Source of the DNA: an uncultured Aliarcobacter sp.
Lineage (GTDB): Bacteria; Campylobacterota; Campylobacteria; Campylobacterales; Arcobacteraceae
Length of the DNA: 64,000 nt
NCBI GenBank assembly: GCA_963677435.1
Contig: OY781945.1
Coordinates: 2,112,001-2,176,000, forward strand
Direction: 5' to 3'
The notes under the pieces were generated by a model, which made no database searches, was not told the origin of the DNA, and saw nothing but the letters and a program-made list of their open reading frames with translations. The position numbers and the translations under genes were made by a program. Positions 1 through 7,933 of this stretch are shown piece by piece. Every line of letters starts with the position of its first letter. The stretch's first letter is position 1.

Positions 1-1141
1 GATTAAAAATCCTAAAATATGGAACACTATCAGCTCCAGTACTTGCTGCCCATTGCCAAGAACCTACATTTGAACTTGCCTCATAATCAAGAAGTTTTGA
101 AGCGAAATATCGTTCCCCTTTTTTCCAATCAACAAGTAAATTTTTTGTTAGATATGAAGAAACAATCATTCTTAAACGATTGTGCATAGTTCCTGTTTGA
201 TTAAAATATCTCATAGCAGCATCAATTATTGGAACTCCTGTTTTTCCTTCACACCATTTTTGAAAAATGTTTTCATCTTCCTTCCAATTTACTTTTATTT
301 TATTTAGATTTTCAAACTCACTTTTTGGAAAATGAAATAAAATATAGTTATAAAATTCTCTCCAAAAAAGCTCTCTTATAAAAAACTCTTTATTTTCAGT
401 TCTGGCTTTTAGCTCTTTTATTTTATTAAAAGCTTGTCTTGGAGAAATTAGACCAAATCTTAAATGAACAGCTAGATTTGAAGTTGCATTTTTATCAAAA
501 AAATCCCTATCAATTTTGTAGTTATCTATTTTTTGTCCAAATTCTTCTAATAATTCTTCAGCACTTTTTTCTAAAAATTCTGGCAACTTTTGAACAATAA
601 AACCCATGTTTTCTAAAGTTGGAATAGACTCGTAATCAAAAGAGATTAATTTTAAATTTTCATTTGTTTTAAACTCTTCCAGTCTATATGAATTCCAAAT
701 AAAATTTAAGTTATTATAATATGGCGTAAATACTTTGTAAGGTGTTTTATCAGCCTTTAGACAATCATTTGGATGGGTAATAAATGAATCCGTAAAGGTT
801 TGCATTGGCATGATTTCACAGATTTCCTCATCTCTTTTTTTTGCATAATCATCAAAATCAACTGAACATAAAATATTTTCAAAACCTTCAGTTTTTAGCT
901 TTGAAAATACCTCTTTGGGAGTTGAATAAAATATGGCTAAATCTAGCCCTATTTCTTTCAACTCATGTTTTAGTTTTAAAACGCTTTTATAAATAAATGT
1001 TACTCTTTTATCATCATTTGAAAGTAGATTTAAGATATTTTTATCAAAGATAAAAATAGGCAATACTTCATCTTTTGCAAATTGTAAAATTGCACTATCA
1101 GTGATTCTTAAATCTCTTCTAAACCATAAAATTTGTTTCAT
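1..1141 (-). CDS. phr: Deoxyribodipyrimidine (CPD) photolyase / cryptochrome family; 3' end runs off the window
   Basis: Not in ORF track. Manual translation from ATG at 1141 gives MKQILWFRRDLRITDSA...; C-terminal FAD-binding motifs WRELFIREFY, GKTGVPIIDAAMR, MHNRLRMIVSSYLTKNLLVDW, SNVGSWQWAASTGADSVPYFRIFN. Start overlaps the upstream stop (TAATG). Confidence 0.95.
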   Translation of the reverse strand, partial: MKQILWFRRDLRITDSAILQFAKDEVLPIFIFDKNILNLLSNDDKRVTFIYKSVLKLKHELKEIGLDLAIFYSTPKEVFSKLKTEGFENILCSVDFDDYAKKRDEEICEIMPMQTFTDSFITHPNDCLKADKTPYKVFTPYYNNLNFIWNSYRLEEFKTNENLKLISFDYESIPTLENMGFIVQKLPEFLEKSAEELLEEFGQKIDNYKIDRDFFDKNATSNLAVHLRFGLISPRQAFNKIKELKARTENKEFFIRELFWREFYNYILFHFPKSEFENLNKIKVNWKEDENIFQKWCEGKTGVPIIDAAMRYFNQTGTMHNRLRMIVSSYLTKNLLVDWKKGERYFASKLLDYEASSNVGSWQWAASTGADSVPYFRIFN

Positions 1142-2097
1142 TATTTATAAGCCTTAATATCACTTCTTAGAGCCAATTCACTTGGATATGGATTTAAAAA
1201 TTTTTGAACTTTTAGATATTGCACATCAAATCTATTTACATAAAGATTTATTATTTTCATTACTGCAATTAAAGGAATAATTTTTTGTTTATACTCTTCA
1301 AGAGTTGATAAAATAATCTCTTTTTCTTCTTTTGTGATTAGCTTTTTAAAGTATCCAAACATATGAAGTAAAACATTATAAGTTTTACTTACGCTTCCTT
1401 TTAAACTTATAGCTTTTAAAAACTCCTCTTTATACTCTTCTAAAATTTCAGGAAGTTGTTTTTTATCATGATTTGCAACTATTTTTCCAAGAGCATTGTA
1501 AGATTTTTGTGCCTTTGAGTAAATTAGATATTTATATGAAGTGTGAAATATTACAATGTCATTAAAACTTGGGTTTGATTTAATAAATTCATGAAAATGT
1601 TGATAAGCAAAAATTTGCATCAAAAAGTTTTCCCTAAGCCAAGGGTCAATTAATCTACCCTCTTCTTCAACTGGCAAATATGGATATTTCTCTTTTATTT
1701 GTTTTGCAAAAACTCCAACACCATTTTTCACGCTAGGTGCATTAAAAGGTTTATAAACTTTTACTCGCTCCATCCCACATGTAGGTGATGATGATTTTAA
1801 GATAAATCCACATAAATCATCATTTTCAATTCTATTTGCGCACTCAATTGAAACATTTTCAAGTTCTTCTGTCACATCTTTTGGAGTTTTTGTAGAAGTT
1901 ACAATTTTTAATTTACCATCTTCACTTAAAGTTTGTCTGATTGCTTCTCGTGGACTTCCCCAAATTATAGTTTCTGGACAATATGCAGATGTTTCAAAAT
2001 ATTTTTGTAAAACATCTACTATAAATTTATCACTTGCACCTACGCCATCATATCTACATTGAGTACCGATTAAACAAGCTGAAACTCCTAATTTCAT
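1141..2097 (-). CDS. ybgA: YbgA family, DUF523 (TudS-like Fe-S thiouracil desulfidase) + DUF1722 fusion
   Basis: GVSACLIG..CRYDG, YCPE and KSSSPTCG Cys motifs; C-terminal FHTSYKYLI and NVLLHMFGYFK; directly upstream of phr as in the E. coli ybgA-phr operon. Confidence 0.88.
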   Translation of the reverse strand: MKLGVSACLIGTQCRYDGVGASDKFIVDVLQKYFETSAYCPETIIWGSPREAIRQTLSEDGKLKIVTSTKTPKDVTEELENVSIECANRIENDDLCGFILKSSSPTCGMERVKVYKPFNAPSVKNGVGVFAKQIKEKYPYLPVEEEGRLIDPWLRENFLMQIFAYQHFHEFIKSNPSFNDIVIFHTSYKYLIYSKAQKSYNALGKIVANHDKKQLPEILEEYKEEFLKAISLKGSVSKTYNVLLHMFGYFKKLITKEEKEIILSTLEEYKQKIIPLIAVMKIINLYVNRFDVQYLKVQKFLNPYPSELALRSDIKAYK

Positions 2098-2163
2098 AAG
2101 AAATCCTTTTTTTATTTTATTTTATAATAAAAAAAGGTCTTCTTGTAGGCAAAAATCTTCTAT

Positions 2164-2679
2164 TTATAATTTTATATTCATTCTTTTGAGTATTTCATAA
2201 GTTTTTGTCACATCATATGTTGCACTATGATATTTATCACCATCAAACTCTATTCCATAATATAAGCAAGTTTCATCTAGTTTTGGATTTTTTAATCTTC
2301 CACTTTTTCCATAAACTTTTACAATATCTTTATTTTCTTTCATTGTGCAAATATGCTTTTGAAATTTCACTTTATTATCAATATGTCTTAATTCAAAAGT
2401 TATATTGTGAGCAACCAAAGTATCTGAATTTGAGCAAAACTCTAAAAAATCTTCATCTTCAGTAAAATATGAACAATAAGATTTATCTTTTCTATAATCA
2501 AGTATTAATTCAGGTGTTAATCTATGAACTGCAAATGAAAAATAATTAACGGGATATCTAGATAAATAATATCTATGAAATTTATCTAAAACATTAAAAT
2601 CTTTATCTATGCGCACAGCTGCCACTTCAATTACATCACCAACATTACTGCTATTTGTCTCAAAATCTATTATTATCAT
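2164..2679 (-). CDS. DEDDh 3'-5' exonuclease (DnaQ-like)
   Basis: ExoI IIIDFETN, ExoII VAHNITFE, ExoIII YHSATYDV. Confidence 0.85.
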   Translation of the reverse strand: MIIIDFETNSSNVGDVIEVAAVRIDKDFNVLDKFHRYYLSRYPVNYFSFAVHRLTPELILDYRKDKSYCSYFTEDEDFLEFCSNSDTLVAHNITFELRHIDNKVKFQKHICTMKENKDIVKVYGKSGRLKNPKLDETCLYYGIEFDGDKYHSATYDVTKTYEILKRMNIKL

Positions 2680-3028
2680 TTATATATTTTTCTCTTTTTT
2701 TATATATTATATCTTTAATTTTTTTATAACTCTTTGTATTTTGGTAATTAATTTCATCTATTAAATGCTCATATTTCTTATATGTATTCCAAACATTTAA
2801 AGAGTGTTCAAATCTTTTCATTTTATAAAGTTCAATACTTACACTTGCATTTACAAAAGCTTTTAAGATAAAAGATTCTTGTCTTGTATGTTCATTATCT
2901 TTATATTTTCGCCAAAGTTCTTCTAAAATATCATGAACTCTTATGAATTCATCATTTTCAAGAAGTAAAATAATTTTTTCATATTCTAAGTCTATATCCA
3001 TAACTAACCTATTTAAATTTACACACAA
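2660..3028 (-). CDS. DUF309-like small helical protein (real start may be ATG at 3001)
   Basis: F..VHDILEELWR motif resembling the DUF309 'FeaHEvLEe.W' pattern. Confidence 0.65.
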   Translation of the reverse strand: MCVNLNRLVMDIDLEYEKIILLLENDEFIRVHDILEELWRKYKDNEHTRQESFILKAFVNASVSIELYKMKRFEHSLNVWNTYKKYEHLIDEINYQNTKSYKKIKDIIYKKREKYINDNNRF

Positions 3029-3108
3029 ATATTATATTTATACTTAATATTACTTTAATCTTTAAAATAATAAAATTTATCAAGTGATAAAAATAAAAGG
3101 AGTCTATT

Positions 3109-3936
3109 ATGCAAATAAATTCAAACTCTGCCTTAGATCAAAATATTTATCTAAATCTTAATCAAAGCTTAAATAGGATTGCTACTGGTGTTGAATTAAA
3201 TCAGTCAAGTGATAATGCCTCTAGTTTATCAATTGCAAATAGTTTATTAACTCAGTCAAATGGTTATTCTCAAGCTATCGAAAATACAAATTCAGCAATA
3301 GCTTCAAGTCAAATAGCCTCAAGTGCAACAAATGAACAATCAAATATCTTAGATGATATAAAAGGAAAACTTCTTCAAGCTTCAACTGATACAACAAGTC
3401 AAGAAGGAAGAGCTGCAATACTAAAAGATATTCAATCACAATTGGAACAATTTAATAAAATTGCAAGCGATACAAACTACAATGGTCAAACTCTACTTCA
3501 AAAAGGTAAAGATGATACAGCAGCAACTGATACACAACAATATCAAACTGGTCTAAATGGAAACAATCTTATTGAGTCTACAAGTATTCAATCTAACACT
3601 CAAGGTCTTGGATTAAATAATCTTTTAAATCAAGACTCTGCAACTTTTACTGCAACTGATGCAAGAGGCTTTTTAGAAAATGTTGACAAAGCAATAAATG
3701 GATTAAATGATATAAGAACAGATATCGGAGCTACACAAAATCAACTTCAAAGTTCAAATAGAAATCTTCTTACACAAGAGACAAGTACATTAAATGCAGC
3801 TTCATTATTTGATACAGATTATGCAAAAGAGTCATCAAATTTCTCAAAACAAAATATTTTAGCTCAAATTGGTGCATACGGACAATCACAAGCTAATAAT
3901 ATAAACCAACAAACAGTATTAAGATTACTTAGCTAA
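3109..3936 (+). CDS. Short flagellin-like protein (FlaC-like; essentially D0/D1 only)
   Basis: Flagellin N-terminus (SLNRIATG..N.SSDNASSLSIA) and C-terminus (DIGATQNQLQS, DTDYAKESSNFSKQNILAQ, VLRLLS); only 275 aa; AAGGAG RBS. Confidence 0.88.
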   Translation: MQINSNSALDQNIYLNLNQSLNRIATGVELNQSSDNASSLSIANSLLTQSNGYSQAIENTNSAIASSQIASSATNEQSNILDDIKGKLLQASTDTTSQEGRAAILKDIQSQLEQFNKIASDTNYNGQTLLQKGKDDTAATDTQQYQTGLNGNNLIESTSIQSNTQGLGLNNLLNQDSATFTATDARGFLENVDKAINGLNDIRTDIGATQNQLQSSNRNLLTQETSTLNAASLFDTDYAKESSNFSKQNILAQIGAYGQSQANNINQQTVLRLLS

Positions 3937-3944
3937 AAATCTTC

Positions 3945-3972
3945 AAAATAGGCTCAAACTTGAGTCTATTTT
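3945..3972. terminator. Bidirectional intrinsic terminator between convergent genes
   Basis: AAAATAGGCTCAA-AC-TTGAGTCTATTTT hairpin with A/T tails. Confidence 0.75.
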
Positions 3973-4396
3973 ATCTTCCGTATCTATAATCTCTGTGATG
4001 ATGTCTTTCATAGTAATGTCTTGGAGGAAATCTATCATAATTTTGATATATTACTGTAACTTGTGCAGGTTGTCTTCTATAGTAGTAATCGTCATCATAA
4101 TATCTATCTGTTCTTACATAAGTAGTTGTTCTTTCATAATTATTGTCATAATAACTATCTCTATATGAATTATTATAATTTGGAGTAGAATAAGATGGCG
4201 TTCTAGAATTATTTGCAATGCTTGCTCCCAATAATCCACCGGCAACTTTTGCCACATCTCGTCCATTGCCTTTTCCAATTTGATTACCAATTGCAACTCC
4301 AATTGTCGCACCTACTAAAGTATCAAGACCTATTGAATTGTTATCTGCAAAAACTAAAGAGCTTGTAATAAGAAACATTGATAATATTTTTTTCAT
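3971..4396 (-). CDS. Secreted glycine-zipper 2TM domain protein with Tyr/Arg/Asp/His-rich tail
   Basis: Signal peptide; VGATIGVAIGNQIGKGNGRDVAKVAGGLLGASIAN glycine zipper. Confidence 0.85.
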   Translation of the reverse strand: MKKILSMFLITSSLVFADNNSIGLDTLVGATIGVAIGNQIGKGNGRDVAKVAGGLLGASIANNSRTPSYSTPNYNNSYRDSYYDNNYERTTTYVRTDRYYDDDYYYRRQPAQVTVIYQNYDRFPPRHYYERHHHRDYRYGR

Positions 4397-4440
4397 TTTA
4401 TAACTCCCATTATATTTATTTTAAAAGTATAAAGCTTCAT

Positions 4441-4458
4441 TGTGAAAGTATTGTGAAT
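4441..4458 (-). promoter_or_regulatory. OmpR-family direct-repeat box matching DccR consensus WTTCAC-N6-TTCACW
   Basis: Minus strand reads ATTCAC-AATACT-TTCACA, 9 nt upstream of a TATACT -10 (4426-4431) for the glycine-zipper gene. Confidence 0.7.
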
Positions 4459-4464
4459 ATAAAA

Positions 4465-4809
4465 CTATTTTAATTTGCCAAAAATTTTATATTTCTCCCA
4501 ATATCCATCTATTGCATTTCTCAATTTTGAATCACTCAAATTTGTTTTCTTTTTTACCCCAAATCTTGTAATAAATGACTCAGTCATTACCGTTTTTTCT
4601 GAAGATGGATTTTTTAGATAATCAAACATTGCTTTTTTAACATCTCTTTCACTACTATATTTCAATAAATATTTATAAAAATATTTATCAATACTAACGG
4701 GTAATTGTGAATGACATTGAACACAATTTAAATTATATATTGAATAATCATTATTATCAGCATTTAAAGACAAAACCATCAAGATGATTAAAAAAAGTTT
4801 TTTTACCAT
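4465..4809 (-). CDS. Small exported mono-haem c-type cytochrome-like protein
   Basis: Signal peptide followed by NCVQCH (CxxCH). Confidence 0.7.
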   Translation of the reverse strand: MVKKLFLIILMVLSLNADNNDYSIYNLNCVQCHSQLPVSIDKYFYKYLLKYSSERDVKKAMFDYLKNPSSEKTVMTESFITRFGVKKKTNLSDSKLRNAIDGYWEKYKIFGKLK

Positions 4810-5990
4810 TTTATTTCCACTTTAGTCCCTACATTTATTTCAGATTTAACATCTATTTTCAAATCATACTCTTTTGCGATTAAAGAGACAATATTTAAAC
4901 CGATTCCAAAGCCACCAACACTTTTATCAAATCTTGAATATCTTTCAAAAAGATTTTTTAGATTCTCTTTTTCAATTCCTTTTCCACTATCTTCAATACT
5001 TAAAGTATTATCATCTAAATTTACTTTAATAAAACCAGCAATTTTATTATATTTAATAGCATTAGATAAAATATTATCAATTAATTTAGTTATCTTTTTC
5101 ATATCACAAAAAATAAAAATATCATCTTCTATATTTAGATTAAAAGTAATCTTTTTTAAAGTTGCTAAACTATTAAAATAATCTATTCGTTGTCTTAAAA
5201 CATTTGAAAGATTTATATCTTCGTTTTTTGAAATAAGTTGATTATTTAAAGTAACAAAAGTTAAATCTTCATAGATGTTTGAAATGGTTTTTGCACCTAT
5301 TTCTATTCGATTTATTTTCTTAAATAATCTCTCATCTAAACTATTCTTATCAATCATTTCAATATTTGTAATAATAGCGGTAACTGGTGTATTTAGTTCA
5401 TGGGTTGTATCTTTTATAAATCTATCAAGTAGATGTAAGGCATCACGCATGGGCTTTAAAAATAGCCTTAAAATGAAATATCCTATAAACATCATAAATA
5501 TAAAAGCTAATGAAAAATATATTATGATGTTATATCTGATTTGTTCAAACCAAACTCCATCATCTGGAATTTCAACTATAATATATTTACTACCTAAATA
5601 GTATGATTCTGGTTCTTTTATAAAATGAATCTCTCCATCATTTAAATAAATAATATCATCTAAACTTACATCTTGAGATTTTAATGTAGAGAAAATCTCT
5701 TTTTTATCACTATCAAAGATAGCAGATTCAAATCTTTCATCTCGTGGATAAACATTATTTTTATCAATATTTACATGTAGATCTCTTAATCTTCCGATTA
5801 AGTCATTTGAATAATTTTGCAAAATTTGTCTTTTTTCTTGAAGCATCAAATCTTTTTGAAATTTATAATATAAATAAGATACAACACTTAAAATTACTAA
5901 AACCAGAAAAGAGTATAAAAAACTAAAACCTAAAAGTGTTCTAGTCTCACTTTTGGTTAAATCTATACCCGAGTTTTTTAAGACTAACAA
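4803..5990 (-). CDS. Two-component sensor histidine kinase (DccS-like)
   Basis: Two TM segments; H-box FIKDTTHELNTP; N-box DNILSNAIKYN; G boxes DSGKGI and GFGIGL. True start is probably slightly downstream of 5990. Confidence 0.92.
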   Translation of the reverse strand: MLVLKNSGIDLTKSETRTLLGFSFLYSFLVLVILSVVSYLYYKFQKDLMLQEKRQILQNYSNDLIGRLRDLHVNIDKNNVYPRDERFESAIFDSDKKEIFSTLKSQDVSLDDIIYLNDGEIHFIKEPESYYLGSKYIIVEIPDDGVWFEQIRYNIIIYFSLAFIFMMFIGYFILRLFLKPMRDALHLLDRFIKDTTHELNTPVTAIITNIEMIDKNSLDERLFKKINRIEIGAKTISNIYEDLTFVTLNNQLISKNEDINLSNVLRQRIDYFNSLATLKKITFNLNIEDDIFIFCDMKKITKLIDNILSNAIKYNKIAGFIKVNLDDNTLSIEDSGKGIEKENLKNLFERYSRFDKSVGGFGIGLNIVSLIAKEYDLKIDVKSEINVGTKVEIKW

Positions 5991-6615
5991 TTTTATCTTT
6001 TCCTAAAATCTTTCTAAGATTTTTTATATAAGTTCTTAAAGAGTTATCACTATACTCTTCATCATAATCCCAAACATAATCGTAAATTCTATCGTGAACT
6101 AAAAGTTCATTTGGATGTTGTAAAAATAGTTTTAAAAGTTTTAACTCTTTTAAATTAAGTTTTATCTCTTCATCTGCATCTTTTAATTCACTAGATATTG
6201 AATTAAAAGTTATTGTTTCTGTTATATAAACAATATCACTTTTATGGGAAAATTCTCTTTTTAATATGGTTTGAACTCTAATTAAAAGTTCTTTTAATTC
6301 AAATGGCTTTCTAATATAATCATCACAACCACTTGAATATCCTTGCTCCAAAGAGTCCATAGAATTTAAAGATGTAATAAAAATAGCAGGTGTATGATTA
6401 TTTTCATGTCTTACTTCTTTTAATACTTCAAAACCATTTTTATTTGGTACATTTACATCAAGTAATAACAAATCAAAAGAATTTTCATATATTGAGGATA
6501 AAGCTTCTTCTCCATCATAAACACATATTACTTCAAAACCTTTTTCTTCTAAATAATCACAAACAGTATCACTTAAATTTAAGTCATCTTCTAATAATAA
6601 TATTTTAGTTTTCAT
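5947..6615 (-). CDS. OmpR-family response regulator (DccR-like)
   Basis: LLLEDD, phospho-Asp in LLLLDVNVP, DDYIRKPF, winged helix LRTYIKNLRKILG...GYRF. Confidence 0.93.
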   Translation of the reverse strand: MKTKILLLEDDLNLSDTVCDYLEEKGFEVICVYDGEEALSSIYENSFDLLLLDVNVPNKNGFEVLKEVRHENNHTPAIFITSLNSMDSLEQGYSSGCDDYIRKPFELKELLIRVQTILKREFSHKSDIVYITETITFNSISSELKDADEEIKLNLKELKLLKLFLQHPNELLVHDRIYDYVWDYDEEYSDNSLRTYIKNLRKILGKDKIVSLKKLGYRFNQK

Positions 6616-6836
6616 TTTTTTGGCATCTCTTGAATACTTTGTTCAAATTGAATTTTTTCATCTTGTGTCATAGTTGGAATTCTAGAATACAACTCTTTAA
6701 TAAATTTAGCTTTGTTTTCTTCTTTTACATAACCAATAATTGATATTAACTCTTGAGTGCTCATATCTGAATAATTTTCTTGTTTTGCAAAAATAATAGT
6801 AAACAACAAAAGAAATATAATGGTGATTTTTTTCAT
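6612..6836 (-). CDS. DUF1104-like small periplasmic protein
   Basis: Signal peptide; NYSDMSTQELISIIGYV...EL.SR...MT pattern typical of DUF1104; overlaps the RR start. Confidence 0.65.
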   Translation of the reverse strand: MKKITIIFLLLFTIIFAKQENYSDMSTQELISIIGYVKEENKAKFIKELYSRIPTMTQDEKIQFEQSIQEMPKK

Positions 6837-6861
6837 TTTTATAACTCTATTTTTTATTTTG

Positions 6862-6894
6862 ATTGTATCATATTAAATGTATAATAATTGTATA
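6862..6894 (-). promoter_or_regulatory. Promoter of the DUF1104-RR-HK operon with 11-bp-period direct repeat
   Basis: Minus strand TATACA-N5-TATACA (6878-6894), 10 nt upstream of TACAAT (6862-6867), which is preceded by TG-N (extended -10). Confidence 0.5.
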
Positions 6895-6956
6895 TAAATC
6901 TCTTTTAAGCTTTTATAAATAATTTTTGACTAGAATTCATATAAAAAAGAGATTTA

Positions 6957-7256
6957 ATGTTTAAAAATATATTACTAATTGTTGGTTTTGCATTTATTAT
7001 TAATGGCTGCTTTGGCTCAACTGAAGAAGAGAAATGGACTGCATTTATCTATCCAAACAAAGAAGATACGACACAAAATATAAAAAGTCCCATGACATTT
7101 TCATCATTAGAAGAGTGTAAAAAGGTTTCGATTTTAGAAATCAAAAAACAAAATTTAGAGAATATTGCCATGTTTAAATGTGGTTTAAATTGTAGATACA
7201 ATGATGGTATGAAAAAAGAAATATGTCAAAAAATGTTATCTTCAACTGATAAATAA
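6957..7256 (+). CDS. Hypothetical lipoprotein with additional Cys residues
   Basis: Lipobox-like IINGC; four more Cys in the mature part. Confidence 0.7.
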   Translation: MFKNILLIVGFAFIINGCFGSTEEEKWTAFIYPNKEDTTQNIKSPMTFSSLEECKKVSILEIKKQNLENIAMFKCGLNCRYNDGMKKEICQKMLSSTDK

Positions 7257-7276
7257 CAATTTGATTCCCAGAGGTT

Positions 7277-7933
7277 TTGATGAAAAAATTAAAGTTTTTA
7301 AATGTTTGCTATGATACAAAAAATATTGATAAAAAATTTAGTGAATATTTTTCTTCACATATAAATAATTTTTTTACATATGAACACAAAGATGAATTAA
7401 TCGAACTTATAAATACTAAAGATATTCATTTTATAATTACAAGATATGATTTTGAGTTATTAAAAACTATTAGAAGCTTAAATAAACAAATACAAATTAT
7501 TGCTATTTTAGATGAATATAATCATACACATTTATTAGAAAGTTTAGAACTTAAATATGTAAAATTTATACAAAATTTAGAGTGTATAAATATATTTATA
7601 GATGCCCTTAAAGATTGTGTAAAAAATCTAGATTCAAATAAATCTAATATTATGGATATAGGAAATGGCTTTATTTATGATAACTATAATAAATCTTTAT
7701 TTAAAGATAACAAACTTATTTCATTAACAAATAAAGAACTTCTATTTTTAGATTTTTTATTAAAAAATCATAACTGCTCATTAAGTTATGAAGATATAAA
7801 TACAAATGTTTGGAATGGTGTAATGACTCAAGATTCTTTAAGATCTTTAGTAAAAGAATTAAGAAAAAAAACATATAAAGAGCTTATAAAAAATGTCTCT
7901 GGTATAGGGTATAGAATAGATATTCAAATATGA
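7277..7933 (+). CDS. OmpR-type winged-helix regulator with degenerate (pseudo) receiver domain
   Basis: C-terminal LTNKELLFLDFLLKN...SLRSLVKELRKK...NVSGIGYRI; receiver lacks the usual phospho-Asp and Lys-Pro. Confidence 0.8.
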   Translation: MMKKLKFLNVCYDTKNIDKKFSEYFSSHINNFFTYEHKDELIELINTKDIHFIITRYDFELLKTIRSLNKQIQIIAILDEYNHTHLLESLELKYVKFIQNLECINIFIDALKDCVKNLDSNKSNIMDIGNGFIYDNYNKSLFKDNKLISLTNKELLFLDFLLKNHNCSLSYEDINTNVWNGVMTQDSLRSLVKELRKKTYKELIKNVSGIGYRIDIQI

